Assembly: GCA_963779755.1 (NCBI GenBank)
Contig: CAVZZO010000003.1
Span: forward strand, 416,001 to 480,000
Direction of reading: 5' to 3'
DNA from: an uncultured Gemmatimonadales bacterium
GTDB taxonomy: Bacteria; Gemmatimonadota; Gemmatimonadetes; Gemmatimonadales; GWC2-71-9
Length of the DNA stretch: 64,000 nucleotides
The notes below the pieces were generated by a model. That model ran no database searches and was not told where the DNA came from. It was given only the letters and a program-made list of their open reading frames with translations. This document shows positions 9,163 through 18,698 of the stretch, piece by piece. Positions within the stretch are counted from its first letter, which is position 1. The number at the start of each line of letters is the position of its first letter. The position numbers and the translations under genes were made by a program.

Positions 9163-11100
9163 CGGTGCCAGCGCCTTGCTGCTCACCTCGCCGCGCACCT
9201 TCTCCAGGAACGCGTCCACGCTCATCACTTCCTGCTTCTTCCCCGCCCCGCGCACCCGGATCGCCAGGGTGCCGGCGTCGGCCTCCCGCTGGCCGATCAC
9301 CGCCATGTAGGGGATCTTCTCGACCTCGCCCTCGCGGATGCGGTAGCTCAGCGTGTCGTTGCGCTCGTCCACGTGCACCCGGAGCCCGGCGGCGGCAAGC
9401 CGGCCGGCCACCCGGTGGGCCGCCTCGATCTGCTGGTCGGCGATGGGCAGGACGCGGACCTGCTCCGGCGCCAGCCAGACGGGAAAGGCGCCGGCGAAGT
9501 GCTCGATCAGGTTGCCGATGAATCGCTCCAGCGTGCCGTAGATGGCCCGGTGGATCATCACGGGCCGGTGGGGCTTGTTGTCGGCGCCGGTGTATTCCAG
9601 CTGGAACCGCTCCGGCAGGTTGAAATCCAGCTGGATGGTCGGCCCCTGCCATTGCCGCCCGATCGCGTCACGGAACTTGATGTCGATCTTGGGCCCGTAG
9701 AACGCGCCGCCCCCCGCATCCACGTCGAAGGTGATCTCCTTGCGGCGCAGGGCGTTCATGAGCATCTCCTCGGCCCGGTCCCAGGTGGCGTCGTTGCCCA
9801 GGCGCTCCTCCGGCCGGGTGCTCACCTCGAACTCCAGGGCGAACCCGAAGGTCTGCCCCACCAGCCGGTCCACCTGGTCGAGACAGAGGAAGATCTCCTC
9901 CTCGGCCTGGTCCAGGGTGCAGAAGATGTGAGCGTCGTCCATGCTGAGCCCGCGCACCCGCAGGAGCCCGTGCAGCACGCCGGATTTCTCGTTGCGGTAG
10001 ACGTTGGCCACCTCGGAGAGCCGGAGCGGAAGATCCCGGTAGCTGCGCTGCCGGCTCTTGTAGATGAGGCAGTGCATCGGGCAGTTCATCGGCTTCACCC
10101 GGTAGCGCACATCCTCCGACTCCTCCGCCGCCGCGCCCATGGCCGGATACTGATTCTCGGCATAGAGCGGCAGGTGTCCGGAAATCCTGAACAGCTCCTC
10201 GCGCGTGATGTTCGGGGTATAGACCAGCTCGTAGCCCTTCGCGACGTTATCGTCCTCCACCACCCGGGTGAGCAGCCATTTCATCCGAGCGCCCTTGGGG
10301 TGCCAGAAGACCAGGCCGGGCCCCACCTCCTCCTGGATGGAGAAGAGATCGAGCTGCTTGCCCAGGATGCGGTGGTCCCGCCGGCGCGCCTCCTCCAGCC
10401 GGTGGAGATACTGCTCCAGGTCTTCCTTGCTGAACCAGGCGGTGCCGTAGATGCGCTGGAGCATCTGGCGGTTCTCGTCGCCCCGCCAGTAGGCGCCCGC
10501 TGCCGAGAGCAGCTTGAAGTGCTTGAGCCGCCCGGTGCTGGGGATATGCGGGCCGCGGCAGAGATCGGTAAAGGGGCCGTCGGTATAGACCGAAATCACT
10601 TCGTCATCGCCCAGCTCGGTGATCCGCTCCAGCTTCAGGGGATCGTCCTGGAAGCGCCGGTTGGCCTCGCCCCGGTCCACCACTTCGCGCACGAAGGGGA
10701 AGTCGCGCCCCGCCACCTCCCCCATTTTCGCTTCGATCCGCTGCAGATCGTCGGGCGTGAAGGGACGGTCGACTTCGAAGTCGTAGTAGAAGCCGTCGTC
10801 GATGGGCGGCCCGAAGCCGATGCCGGCGCCGGGGAAGAGCTCGCGCACGGCGGTCGCCAGCACGTGCGCCGCCGAGTGGCGCAGCACCGGCAGCGCGTCA
10901 TGATCCTTGTCGGTGAGAATCGCCACCTCGGCGTCCCGGTCCAACGGCCGGTTCAGGTCCCAGACCTGACCGTCGACCCGCGCGGCCACAGCGGCCTTCG
11001 CCAGCCGGGGGCCGATCTGCTCCGCCAGCTCGCGACTGGTGCTGCCCGCCGGCACTTCGCGGGCGCTGCCATCGGGCAGCGTGATCCGTACCACGCTCAT
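9160..11100 (-). CDS. thrS: Threonine--tRNA ligase
   Basis: TGS N-terminus, RHSAAHVLA, DLCRGPH, RDHR, KPMNCP, FYGPKID, IHRAIYG; ATG at 11100. Confidence 0.98.
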   Translation of the reverse strand: MSVVRITLPDGSAREVPAGSTSRELAEQIGPRLAKAAVAARVDGQVWDLNRPLDRDAEVAILTDKDHDALPVLRHSAAHVLATAVRELFPGAGIGFGPPIDDGFYYDFEVDRPFTPDDLQRIEAKMGEVAGRDFPFVREVVDRGEANRRFQDDPLKLERITELGDDEVISVYTDGPFTDLCRGPHIPSTGRLKHFKLLSAAGAYWRGDENRQMLQRIYGTAWFSKEDLEQYLHRLEEARRRDHRILGKQLDLFSIQEEVGPGLVFWHPKGARMKWLLTRVVEDDNVAKGYELVYTPNITREELFRISGHLPLYAENQYPAMGAAAEESEDVRYRVKPMNCPMHCLIYKSRQRSYRDLPLRLSEVANVYRNEKSGVLHGLLRVRGLSMDDAHIFCTLDQAEEEIFLCLDQVDRLVGQTFGFALEFEVSTRPEERLGNDATWDRAEEMLMNALRRKEITFDVDAGGGAFYGPKIDIKFRDAIGRQWQGPTIQLDFNLPERFQLEYTGADNKPHRPVMIHRAIYGTLERFIGNLIEHFAGAFPVWLAPEQVRVLPIADQQIEAAHRVAGRLAAAGLRVHVDERNDTLSYRIREGEVEKIPYMAVIGQREADAGTLAIRVRGAGKKQEVMSVDAFLEKVRGEVSSKALAP

Positions 11101-11249
11101 GGGATTGTCTCCACCGTGACCACCGGCGCGATGGGCTGCACCGACCGACCGACCACGAAAAAGGCGACCAGCCCCGCCAGAATCAGCAGCGCGGGCAGGA
11201 TCCACGGAATCAGGTCCCGTGCCACTACGGGGCTGTCGTCATCCCTCAT
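11097..11249 (-). CDS. Putative 50-aa single-TM small protein
   Basis: MRDDDSPVVARDLIPWILPALLILAGLVAFFVVGRSVQPIAPVVTVETIP; its TGA overlaps the thrS ATG (ATGA). Confidence 0.6.
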   Translation of the reverse strand: MRDDDSPVVARDLIPWILPALLILAGLVAFFVVGRSVQPIAPVVTVETIP

Positions 11250-11393
11250 GGATAGTCCGTCTCATTCCTCGAAGTCTGCGTAAGCTGCGACCCGGAAACC
11301 CTTCGGCCATGCTCGACCCCGGTACTCTGCGGATTACCTTACGGGAGATTAACTTAAGACCTTCATCTGTGGATTCGTAGAGGAGCCTGCGGA

Positions 11394-11822
11394 GTGCGTA
11401 CACGGACCCCGAGCGGACTGGAAACGGCCGCCTGGATACTGGGCGGGTTGGGGATCGGCCTGGTGGCCGGGCTGTTCGCGGCCGGCTGGGTGGGGACGGT
11501 CTCGCGGGCCCGCCTGCGCCGCGCCATGGACGAGCTGGGGGAACCGGCCGGGCCGCCCCTCACCACCGCGGGCGCTGCCCGGGCGGTCGAGTCGGCGCTG
11601 GAGAGTTCCGATCTCTGGGAGCATCACCTGAGCGTCGTGGCGGTCACGCCGCACCAGGTGGAGCTGCACGGCTGGGTGCCCGATCGCGCGCTCCGGGCCC
11701 GGGCCGCCCGCCTGGTCCGGGAGGTGCCCGGCATCGAGTCCGTGGTCAATCGCCTGCTGGTGCGCGGGGAGGACGACCGGCCCGGCGACGACCGGCTCCG
11801 CCTTTCCGATCAGCCCGCATGA
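11394..11822 (+). CDS. Membrane-anchored BON domain protein
   Basis: N-terminal TM; VELHGWV...AARLVREVPGIESVVNRLLV BON signature; ATGA overlap with valS. Confidence 0.8.
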   Translation: MRTRTPSGLETAAWILGGLGIGLVAGLFAAGWVGTVSRARLRRAMDELGEPAGPPLTTAGAARAVESALESSDLWEHHLSVVAVTPHQVELHGWVPDRALRARAARLVREVPGIESVVNRLLVRGEDDRPGDDRLRLSDQPA

Positions 11823-14497
11823 GCGAGCCGCTACCGCCGCAATACAATCCCACCGGCGTCGAAGACACCCTCTACAGGTGGTGGGCCGGCCGGGGGATCT
11901 TCCATGTGCCCGCCGAAGGCCGGCGCGACCCGTACGTGATCATGATGCCGCCGCCCAACGTCACGGCGGTGCTGCACATGGGACACGGGCTCAACAACAC
12001 CATTCAGGACGTGCTGATCCGCTTCCGGCGGATGCAGGGCCGGGCCAGCCTCTGGCTGCCCGGCACCGACCACGCCGGGATCGCCACCCAGAACGTGGTG
12101 GAGCGGGAACTGGCGAAGGAGGGGCTCACCCGCTTCGACCTGGGCCGCGATACCTTCGTCCGGCGGGTGTGGGACCACGTGCACCAGACCGGCGCCACCA
12201 TCCTCGACCAGCTCAAGGCCCTGGGCGCCAGCTGCGACTGGGAGCGGACCTATTTCACGCTGGACGACGGACTCTCCCGCGCGGTGCGCGAGGTCTTCGT
12301 CCGGCTGTACGAGAAGGGCCTCATCTATCGGGGCCACTATCTCATCAACTGGTGCCCCCGCTGCCTGACCGCCCTCTCCAACGAGGAGGCGGAAAAGGAG
12401 GAGGTAGACAGCCACCTCTGGCACCTGCGCTATCCGCTGGCGAACGGCGGCAGCATTACCGTCGCCACCACCCGGCCCGAGACCATGCTGGGAGACACGG
12501 CCGTGGCGGTACACCCGGACGACGAGCGCTATCATATGCTCATCGGCCGTGAGATTGATTTGCCGCTCACCGGCCGGCGCATTCCCGTCATCGCCGACGA
12601 CGCGATCGACCCCTCATTCGGGACCGGGGCGGTCAAGGTGACCCCGGCGCACGACCCCACCGATTTCGAGATCGGGCGGCGCCACCAGCTGGAGAGCATC
12701 GACATCTTCACACCCGAGGCGCGCATGGCCATCACCGCGCCCGAGGCCTACCAGGGGATGGACCGGTTCGACGCGCGCAAGGCCGTGGTGCGCGATCTCG
12801 ACGCGGCCGGCCTGCTGGAGAAGACCGAGCCCCACCGCCACGCCGTGGGCCACTGCTACCGCTGCGGGACGGTGGTGGAGCCGCGACTCAGCGACCAGTG
12901 GTTCGTGAAGATGGCCCCGCTCGCGGCGCCCGCGCTCCGGGCCTACCACGATGAGCGGGTGCGTTTCATCCCGGAGCACCGGGGCGAGGAGTACGCCCAG
13001 TGGATGGAAAACATCCGCGACTGGTGCATCTCGCGGCAGCTCTGGTGGGGGCACCGCATTCCGGTCTGGTACTGCCGGGACGACGCCTGCGGCCGCATGA
13101 CCGTGAGCCGCGACTCGGTTTCCGCCTGCCCCGGCTGCGGCGGCGCGGTGCGCCAGGACGACGACGTGCTCGACACCTGGTTCTCCTCCTGGCTGGTGCC
13201 GTTCAGCAGCCTGGGCTGGCCCGAGGCGACGCCGGACCTGGCCCGGTTCTACCCCGGCGACACGCTGGTCACCGCCCCCGAGATCCTCTTCTTCTGGGTG
13301 GCGCGGATGATCATGGCGGGCCTCGAGTTCATGGGCGAGGTGCCGTTCCACACGGTGTATCTCCACGGCACGGTGCGCGACACCCAGCACCGCAAGATGA
13401 GCAAGTCGCTGGGCAACGGCATCGACCCGCTGGAGGTGGTGCGCCGCTATGGGGCCGACGCCCTGCGCTATACCGTGGTCTCCGGCATGGCGGTCGGCAC
13501 CGACCTGATCCTCGATCCGGGCGACCTGGAAACCTCCTTCGGACCGGGCCGCAACTTCGCCAACAAGCTGTGGAACCTGGGCCGGCTCATTCTCTCCAAC
13601 CTGGACGAGCCCACCCGGCCCCTGGCCGGCGACTACCCGGATGTGGTGCGGAAAGACGAGCTGACCCTGGCCGATCGCTGGATCATCGCGCGGTGCGACG
13701 ACACCGTGGCCGCAGTAACCGAAGCCAACGAGCGGTTCCGGCTCAACGACGGCGTCGCCGCCGTCTATCACTTCCTCTGGAGCGATCTGGCCGACTGGTA
13801 CGTGGAACAGGCCAAGCCCAGGCTCTACGGCGACGCGCCCGGCGGCGATGTCGCCCGCGCGGTGCTGGCGGCCACCTTCGACGTGGCCCTGCGTCTCCTC
13901 CACCCGGTGATGCCGTTCATCACCGAGACACTCTGGAAGCGGATGCCCGGCCGTTCCGGCGGTGCCAGCATCAGCCTCACCCCCTGGCCCGCGCCCGACA
14001 AGCGCGCGCACGATCCCGAAGCGCTGGAGCGCTTCGCCCTGGTGCAGGAAGCGGTGAGCGCGATCCGCAGCATCCGGGCGGAATACAACGTGGCGCCCGG
14101 CAAGGCCATTCGCGCCGTGGTCACCTGCGCCGGACCGGCCGCCCGCGGCGCCTGCGGGATGGAACAACGCACCATCGAGCGGTTGGCCAAGCTCTCCCGG
14201 CTCGACCTGGGCGAACCGGCCGAGGCGGCCGGCGCCAGCGCCGTGCTGTCGGACGGCTCGTCGGTCTTCGTGCCGCTGGGCGATGCCATCGACGTGGATC
14301 GTGAATGCACCCGCCTGCGCGCCGAGGCTTCGCGGCTGGATCAGCTGATCCACTCCCAGGAGAAGAAGCTCGCCAATCAGAACTTCACCAGCCGCGCTCC
14401 CGCGGAAGTGGTCGAACGCGAGCGGCAGAAACTGGGCGACTGGGGCGAGCAGCGGAAGGTACTGGAGGAGAAGTTGGGACGGTTGGGGTGCAAGTGA
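11819..14497 (+). CDS. valS: Valine--tRNA ligase
   Basis: PPPNVT, HMGH, TTRPETMLGD, WCISRQLWWGH, KMSKS, C-terminal coiled coil. Confidence 0.98.
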   Translation: MSEPLPPQYNPTGVEDTLYRWWAGRGIFHVPAEGRRDPYVIMMPPPNVTAVLHMGHGLNNTIQDVLIRFRRMQGRASLWLPGTDHAGIATQNVVERELAKEGLTRFDLGRDTFVRRVWDHVHQTGATILDQLKALGASCDWERTYFTLDDGLSRAVREVFVRLYEKGLIYRGHYLINWCPRCLTALSNEEAEKEEVDSHLWHLRYPLANGGSITVATTRPETMLGDTAVAVHPDDERYHMLIGREIDLPLTGRRIPVIADDAIDPSFGTGAVKVTPAHDPTDFEIGRRHQLESIDIFTPEARMAITAPEAYQGMDRFDARKAVVRDLDAAGLLEKTEPHRHAVGHCYRCGTVVEPRLSDQWFVKMAPLAAPALRAYHDERVRFIPEHRGEEYAQWMENIRDWCISRQLWWGHRIPVWYCRDDACGRMTVSRDSVSACPGCGGAVRQDDDVLDTWFSSWLVPFSSLGWPEATPDLARFYPGDTLVTAPEILFFWVARMIMAGLEFMGEVPFHTVYLHGTVRDTQHRKMSKSLGNGIDPLEVVRRYGADALRYTVVSGMAVGTDLILDPGDLETSFGPGRNFANKLWNLGRLILSNLDEPTRPLAGDYPDVVRKDELTLADRWIIARCDDTVAAVTEANERFRLNDGVAAVYHFLWSDLADWYVEQAKPRLYGDAPGGDVARAVLAATFDVALRLLHPVMPFITETLWKRMPGRSGGASISLTPWPAPDKRAHDPEALERFALVQEAVSAIRSIRAEYNVAPGKAIRAVVTCAGPAARGACGMEQRTIERLAKLSRLDLGEPAEAAGASAVLSDGSSVFVPLGDAIDVDRECTRLRAEASRLDQLIHSQEKKLANQNFTSRAPAEVVERERQKLGDWGEQRKVLEEKLGRLGCK

Positions 14498-14499
14498 AG

Positions 14500-14677
14500 G
14501 ACGGCGGTACGGCGGGACGGCGGTACGGCGGTAGGGTTCCTGTCCACGTGGAGTCCGGTGGCCCTTTTGACCTGATTCCTTGTTTCCCCTCTGACCTGAC
14601 GCCCTGTCCGCGCAAGGCGACTTCAAGGGCCGCTGGAAAGAGCATACCGCCGTACCGCCGTCCCGCCGTACCGCCGT
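14500..14677. repeat. Inverted octamer tracts (TACGGCGG)n ... (TACCGCCG)n around a core of about 110 bp
   Basis: Four units at about 14500-14531 right after the valS stop; four complementary units at about 14645-14676. Confidence 0.85.
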
Positions 14678-16005
14678 TGATCATCCTGTTCCTTACATTT
14701 TTCGCCTGCGCCAAGATCGAGCCCCCGCCCGGCGGGCCGCCCGACAAGACACCGCCCCACCTGGTCGCCACCGTGCCGGAAAGTACGGCCGTGCTGCCGG
14801 GGTTCCATGGCGACGTGGAGTTCCAGTTCGACGAGGTGGTCTCCGAGGGCTCGCAACCCAGTTTCGGGCTGGGCACCAGCGACCTGGAAAAGCTGATCCT
14901 GGTGAGCCCCACCACCCGGGTGCCGGTCATCAAGTGGAAGCGGAGCCGCATCACGGTGCAGGCCCGCGGCGGCTGGCGTCCCAACCAGGTGTACCGGGTG
15001 GAGCTGCTGCCCGGTATCGTAGACCTGCGGCGCAACCGCTCCGACTCCGGGCGGGTGGTGACCTTCACCACCGGCGCACCCTTACCCACGGATACGCTGC
15101 GTGGCCGGGTGATCGACTGGCAGGCCGGCCGGGTGGCCGCGAAGGCGCTGATTGACGCGGTGATCCCGGGCGACAGTACCGGCTATCGCACCCTGGCCGA
15201 CAGCTCGGGGCGCTTCGCCCTCGGCCCCATCCCCCGCGGCAGCTATGTCGTGTACGGGGTGCTGGACCAGAACGGCGATCACCGGCGCGCCAGCCGGGAG
15301 GCCTTCGATTCGGTAAAGGTCGGCGCCGACAGCACCGCCGTGCCGCTGCTCTGGGCATTCACGCACGATACCGCGGGGCCCCGGTTCAAAGGCTCTTCGC
15401 TGCGCGACAGCGTGACCGCCACCCTGTCGTTCACCCAGCCGCTCGACCCGTACCAGCGCTTCGACACCTCGGCGGTCCGGGTGCTGGCGCTGCCCGACTC
15501 CACTCCCGTGCCGGTGCGCTGGCTGCTCCCGCCGGCGATGGCCGACAGCCTCCGCCAGGCCGAACAGGCGCGTGCCGATTCCATCCGCGCCGCGGCCGAC
15601 ACCTCCGCCCCGCCGGCGCTGGATACCACCCGGGCGGCGCCGCCGGCCCCGGCCCGGGTCCCGGCCCGCCCCGGGGCCGCCGCCGAGGCCGCCGCCCGGG
15701 ATTCGCTCAAGGCGCTGCTGGCACAACGGCCGGCGCTGGGCACCGACCTGGTGCTGCGAATCGCGCAGCCGTTCGTTCCTGATACCAAGTACGTGGTGGA
15801 CATCGCCGGGCTGCGCAACGCCAACGGCGCTGCGGCCGACGTGCGGGGCAATATCTCGGCTCCGAAGCCGGCACCGGCCGACACGAGCGCCGCCGACACG
15901 ACCGGGGCCGGTTCCATCCGGAGCGACAGCACCCGCGCCCGTCCCGCGCCGGCGGCGGACAGCCTCTTCCAGCAACCCGACACCACCCGCCGCTCGCCGC
16001 CATGA
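14677..16005 (+). CDS. Ig-like (Big_5-type) domain lipoprotein
   Basis: FFAC-AKIEPPPGGPPDKTPP lipoprotein N-terminus, FQFDE, beta-rich body; start uncertain (TTG at 14677 assumed). Confidence 0.7.
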   Translation: MIILFLTFFACAKIEPPPGGPPDKTPPHLVATVPESTAVLPGFHGDVEFQFDEVVSEGSQPSFGLGTSDLEKLILVSPTTRVPVIKWKRSRITVQARGGWRPNQVYRVELLPGIVDLRRNRSDSGRVVTFTTGAPLPTDTLRGRVIDWQAGRVAAKALIDAVIPGDSTGYRTLADSSGRFALGPIPRGSYVVYGVLDQNGDHRRASREAFDSVKVGADSTAVPLLWAFTHDTAGPRFKGSSLRDSVTATLSFTQPLDPYQRFDTSAVRVLALPDSTPVPVRWLLPPAMADSLRQAEQARADSIRAAADTSAPPALDTTRAAPPAPARVPARPGAAAEAAARDSLKALLAQRPALGTDLVLRIAQPFVPDTKYVVDIAGLRNANGAAADVRGNISAPKPAPADTSAADTTGAGSIRSDSTRARPAPAADSLFQQPDTTRRSPP

Positions 16006-17366
16006 CCGACCCGCGCCGTGCGCTGCCCTCGGTCGACCGGTTGCTGCAACGTCCCGCCCTGCAGGCGCTGCTGGAGCGCGTTCCGCGCGCGGTCGTGCTC
16101 GCGGCCGCGCGCGAGAGCCTCGAGGCCGCCCGGCAGGACGGTGGCGCCGCGCCCGAGGACTGGGATGCGGACGTCGCGACCCGGGTGGAGCGGCTGGTCC
16201 GCCCATCGCTGGAGCCGGCGCTCAACGCCACCGGTGTGGTACTCCACACCAATCTCGGCCGCGCCCCGCTGGCCTCCGCAGCGGTGCAGGCCATGGCCGC
16301 GGTGGCGGCCGGGTACGCCACCCTGGAAATCGATCTGGCCACGGGGAACCGGGGCAGCCGGGCGGCGCACTGCCGCGCCCTGCTGGCCGGCCTGAGTGGG
16401 GCCGAAGATGCGCTGGTAGTGAACAACGCCGCCGGCGCGCTGGTGCTGGCCCTGAACGCCCTGGCCGCCGGGGCCGACGTGCTGCTCTCCCGGGGCGAGA
16501 TGATCGAGATCGGCGGCTCCTTCCGGATTCCCGAAATCATGGAAAGGAGCGGCGCCCGTATGGCCGAGGTCGGCACCACCAACCGCACCCGGCTGGAGGA
16601 CTACCGGCAGGGGCTGGACCGCGGGGCGGCGGCAGTGCTCACCGTGCACCAGTCCAATTTCACCCAGCACGGCTTCGTTGCCGGGGTTGCCCCCCGGGAG
16701 CTGGCAGGGCTCTGCCGCGAGCGCCGGGTGCCCTATCTGCACGATGTCGGCAGCGGGCTCCTGGCCGACCTCGGTTCCTTCGGGCTCACCGGCGAGCCCA
16801 GGGTGCCCGACGCGGTCGCCGACGGAGCTGACCTGGTCATCTTCAGCGGCGACAAGCTGCTGGGGGGGCCACAGGCAGGCTGCATCGCGGGCCGGGGCGA
16901 CCTGGTCGCCCGGTGCCGGAGCAACCCGCTGGCCCGGGCGCTGCGTGCCGACAAGATGACTCTGGCGGCCCTGGAGGCCACACTGCGCCTCTATCAGGAT
17001 CCCGAGACCGCCAGGCGCGAGATCCCGGTGCTCGCCATGCTGACGCTGGCGGCCGACGAACTGCAACACCGGGCGTCCGCCCTGCTCCAGCACTGTCCCG
17101 CGGAACTGGAAGCCGGGCTGGTGGCCGGCGCTTCGGCGGTGGGCGGGGGCGCCTTCCCCGACGCCGTGCTGCCCACCACGCTCGTCGCCCTGCGCCCGCC
17201 CGGGGGCGATGCCGAGAGCCTGGCCCGCCGGCTCCGGACCGGCCGGCCGCCGCTCATCACCCGGATCGAGAACGACCGCGTCCTGCTCGACCCACGCACC
17301 CTGCCGGAGCAGCGCTTCCCGGAGATCGGGCGGTTGCTTCACGGTGCGGTCGTCACCGGGCCATGA
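16002..17366 (+). CDS. selA: L-seryl-tRNA(Sec) selenium transferase
   Basis: LPSVD, NATGVVLHTNLGRAPL, VVNNAAG, EIGGSFRIP, EVGTTNRT, FSGDKLLGGPQ. Confidence 0.96.
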   Translation: MTDPRRALPSVDRLLQRPALQALLERVPRAVVLAAARESLEAARQDGGAAPEDWDADVATRVERLVRPSLEPALNATGVVLHTNLGRAPLASAAVQAMAAVAAGYATLEIDLATGNRGSRAAHCRALLAGLSGAEDALVVNNAAGALVLALNALAAGADVLLSRGEMIEIGGSFRIPEIMERSGARMAEVGTTNRTRLEDYRQGLDRGAAAVLTVHQSNFTQHGFVAGVAPRELAGLCRERRVPYLHDVGSGLLADLGSFGLTGEPRVPDAVADGADLVIFSGDKLLGGPQAGCIAGRGDLVARCRSNPLARALRADKMTLAALEATLRLYQDPETARREIPVLAMLTLAADELQHRASALLQHCPAELEAGLVAGASAVGGGAFPDAVLPTTLVALRPPGGDAESLARRLRTGRPPLITRIENDRVLLDPRTLPEQRFPEIGRLLHGAVVTGP

Positions 17367-17956
17367 GTTCTCCTGCCGTCCTGCCGTCCTCCCGTCCTGC
17401 CGTCTTCCTCGACCGCGACGGCACCATCATCGAGGACACCCACTTCGTCAACGCGCCGGAGAAGGCGGTGCTCATGCCCGGTGCCGCGGCGGGGATCGGC
17501 CGGCTCAACCGGGCGGGCTACGCCGTGGTGGTGGTGACCAACCAGTCGGGCATCGCCCGCGGGATTTTCACCGAGGAGACCTATCAGGCCATTGCGCGGC
17601 GGGTGGAAGAGCTGCTGGCGGTGGAGGGCGCCCGGCTGGACGGGCAGTACCACTGCCCCCACCTGCCCGAGGTGTCCGGCCCCTGCGAGTGCCGCAAGCC
17701 CGGTACCCTGCTCTACCGCCAGGCGGCGGAAGATCTCTCGCTCGACCTGCCGCGCAGCTGGTGGATCGGCGACCGGCTGCGCGATCTGGAGGCCTCCCGG
17801 GCCCTGGGCGGCCGGGGGCTGCTGGTGCTGACCGGCAAGGGACCCCGGGAGCGCGACGCGGCGCTGGAACAGGGATATGACGTGGTGGCCGATCTGGCGG
17901 CGGCGGCCGCGAAGGTGCTGGGTTCCGGTTATGACGGCGGGGTCAGGCATGCCTGA
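17363..17956 (+). CDS. gmhB: HAD-IIIA phosphatase, GmhB-like (heptose-1,7-bisphosphate phosphatase)
   Basis: FLDRDGT, VVTNQSG, CPH...CECRKP, IGDR; ATG at 17363 overlaps the selA stop. Confidence 0.85.
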   Translation: MSSPAVLPSSRPAVFLDRDGTIIEDTHFVNAPEKAVLMPGAAAGIGRLNRAGYAVVVVTNQSGIARGIFTEETYQAIARRVEELLAVEGARLDGQYHCPHLPEVSGPCECRKPGTLLYRQAAEDLSLDLPRSWWIGDRLRDLEASRALGGRGLLVLTGKGPRERDAALEQGYDVVADLAAAAAKVLGSGYDGGVRHA

Positions 17957-18048
17957 CCCCTCCGTTCGGGCGCCCCTGATCCCCCCGCAGTCATGCCTGA
18001 CCCCTCCGTTCGGCCCCTGATCCCCCTGCAACCATGCCTGACCCCGCC
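17935..18048. repeat. REP-like palindrome plus tandem units of 41-44 bp
   Basis: GGGGTCAGGCATGCCTGACCCC perfect 22-bp palindrome at 17939-17960; CATGCCTGACCCC recurs at 17948, 17992 and 18033. Confidence 0.85.
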
Positions 18049-18085
18049 TCGTCCCCACCGCGCCACCCCATTACCTTATGCCGCC

Positions 18086-18688
18086 ATGATGCGCCTGGCG
18101 GTGGCGATTTCGGGTCGGGGATCGAATCTCGCGGCGCTGCTGGCCGCGCTGGGCCCGGACACCCCTGCCCGCGTGGTGCTGGTGCTGAGCAATCGGCCCG
18201 AGGCCGCCGGCCTGGAGCGGGCCCGGGAACGGGGCGTCGCCACCGCGGTCCTCCGCGATCCCGCCGATGGCGGCGAGTGGCTCACGTTGCTGGAGCGGCA
18301 CGGCGTGGATCTGATCGTGCTGGCGGGCTACCTCAAGCTGGTGCCCTCCCAGGTGGTTTCGCGCTACCGCGGCCGCATTCTCAACATCCACCCCGCCCTG
18401 CTCCCCGATTTCGGCGGCCCCGGCATGTACGGCCGCCGGGTGCACGCCGCGGTGCTGGCCAGCGGCGCGGCGGAAAGCGGCGCGACGGTTCATCTGGTGG
18501 ATGAGGAATACGACCGCGGACCTGTGCTGGCCCAGTGCCGGGTCCCGGTGCTGGCCGACGATACACCCGAGCGCCTTGCCGCCCGGGTCCTGGAGACCGA
18601 ACACCGGCTGCTGCCGGCCGTGGTGCTCGCCGCGGCGCGGGCCGGGCGGCCGGTCCGGCTGACGCCGGACGAACTGGACGCGATCTGA
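18086..18688 (+). CDS. purN: Phosphoribosylglycinamide formyltransferase
   Basis: ISGRGSNL, LAGY, LNIHPALLP, GATVHLVDEEYDRGP. Confidence 0.95.
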   Translation: MMRLAVAISGRGSNLAALLAALGPDTPARVVLVLSNRPEAAGLERARERGVATAVLRDPADGGEWLTLLERHGVDLIVLAGYLKLVPSQVVSRYRGRILNIHPALLPDFGGPGMYGRRVHAAVLASGAAESGATVHLVDEEYDRGPVLAQCRVPVLADDTPERLAARVLETEHRLLPAVVLAAARAGRPVRLTPDELDAI

Positions 18689-18698
18689 GGAGTACCCT

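Noticed and set aside
17939..18048. Mini CRISPR array
   Set aside because: The repeat is only about 13 bp, the intervening sequences resemble each other, and no cas genes are present
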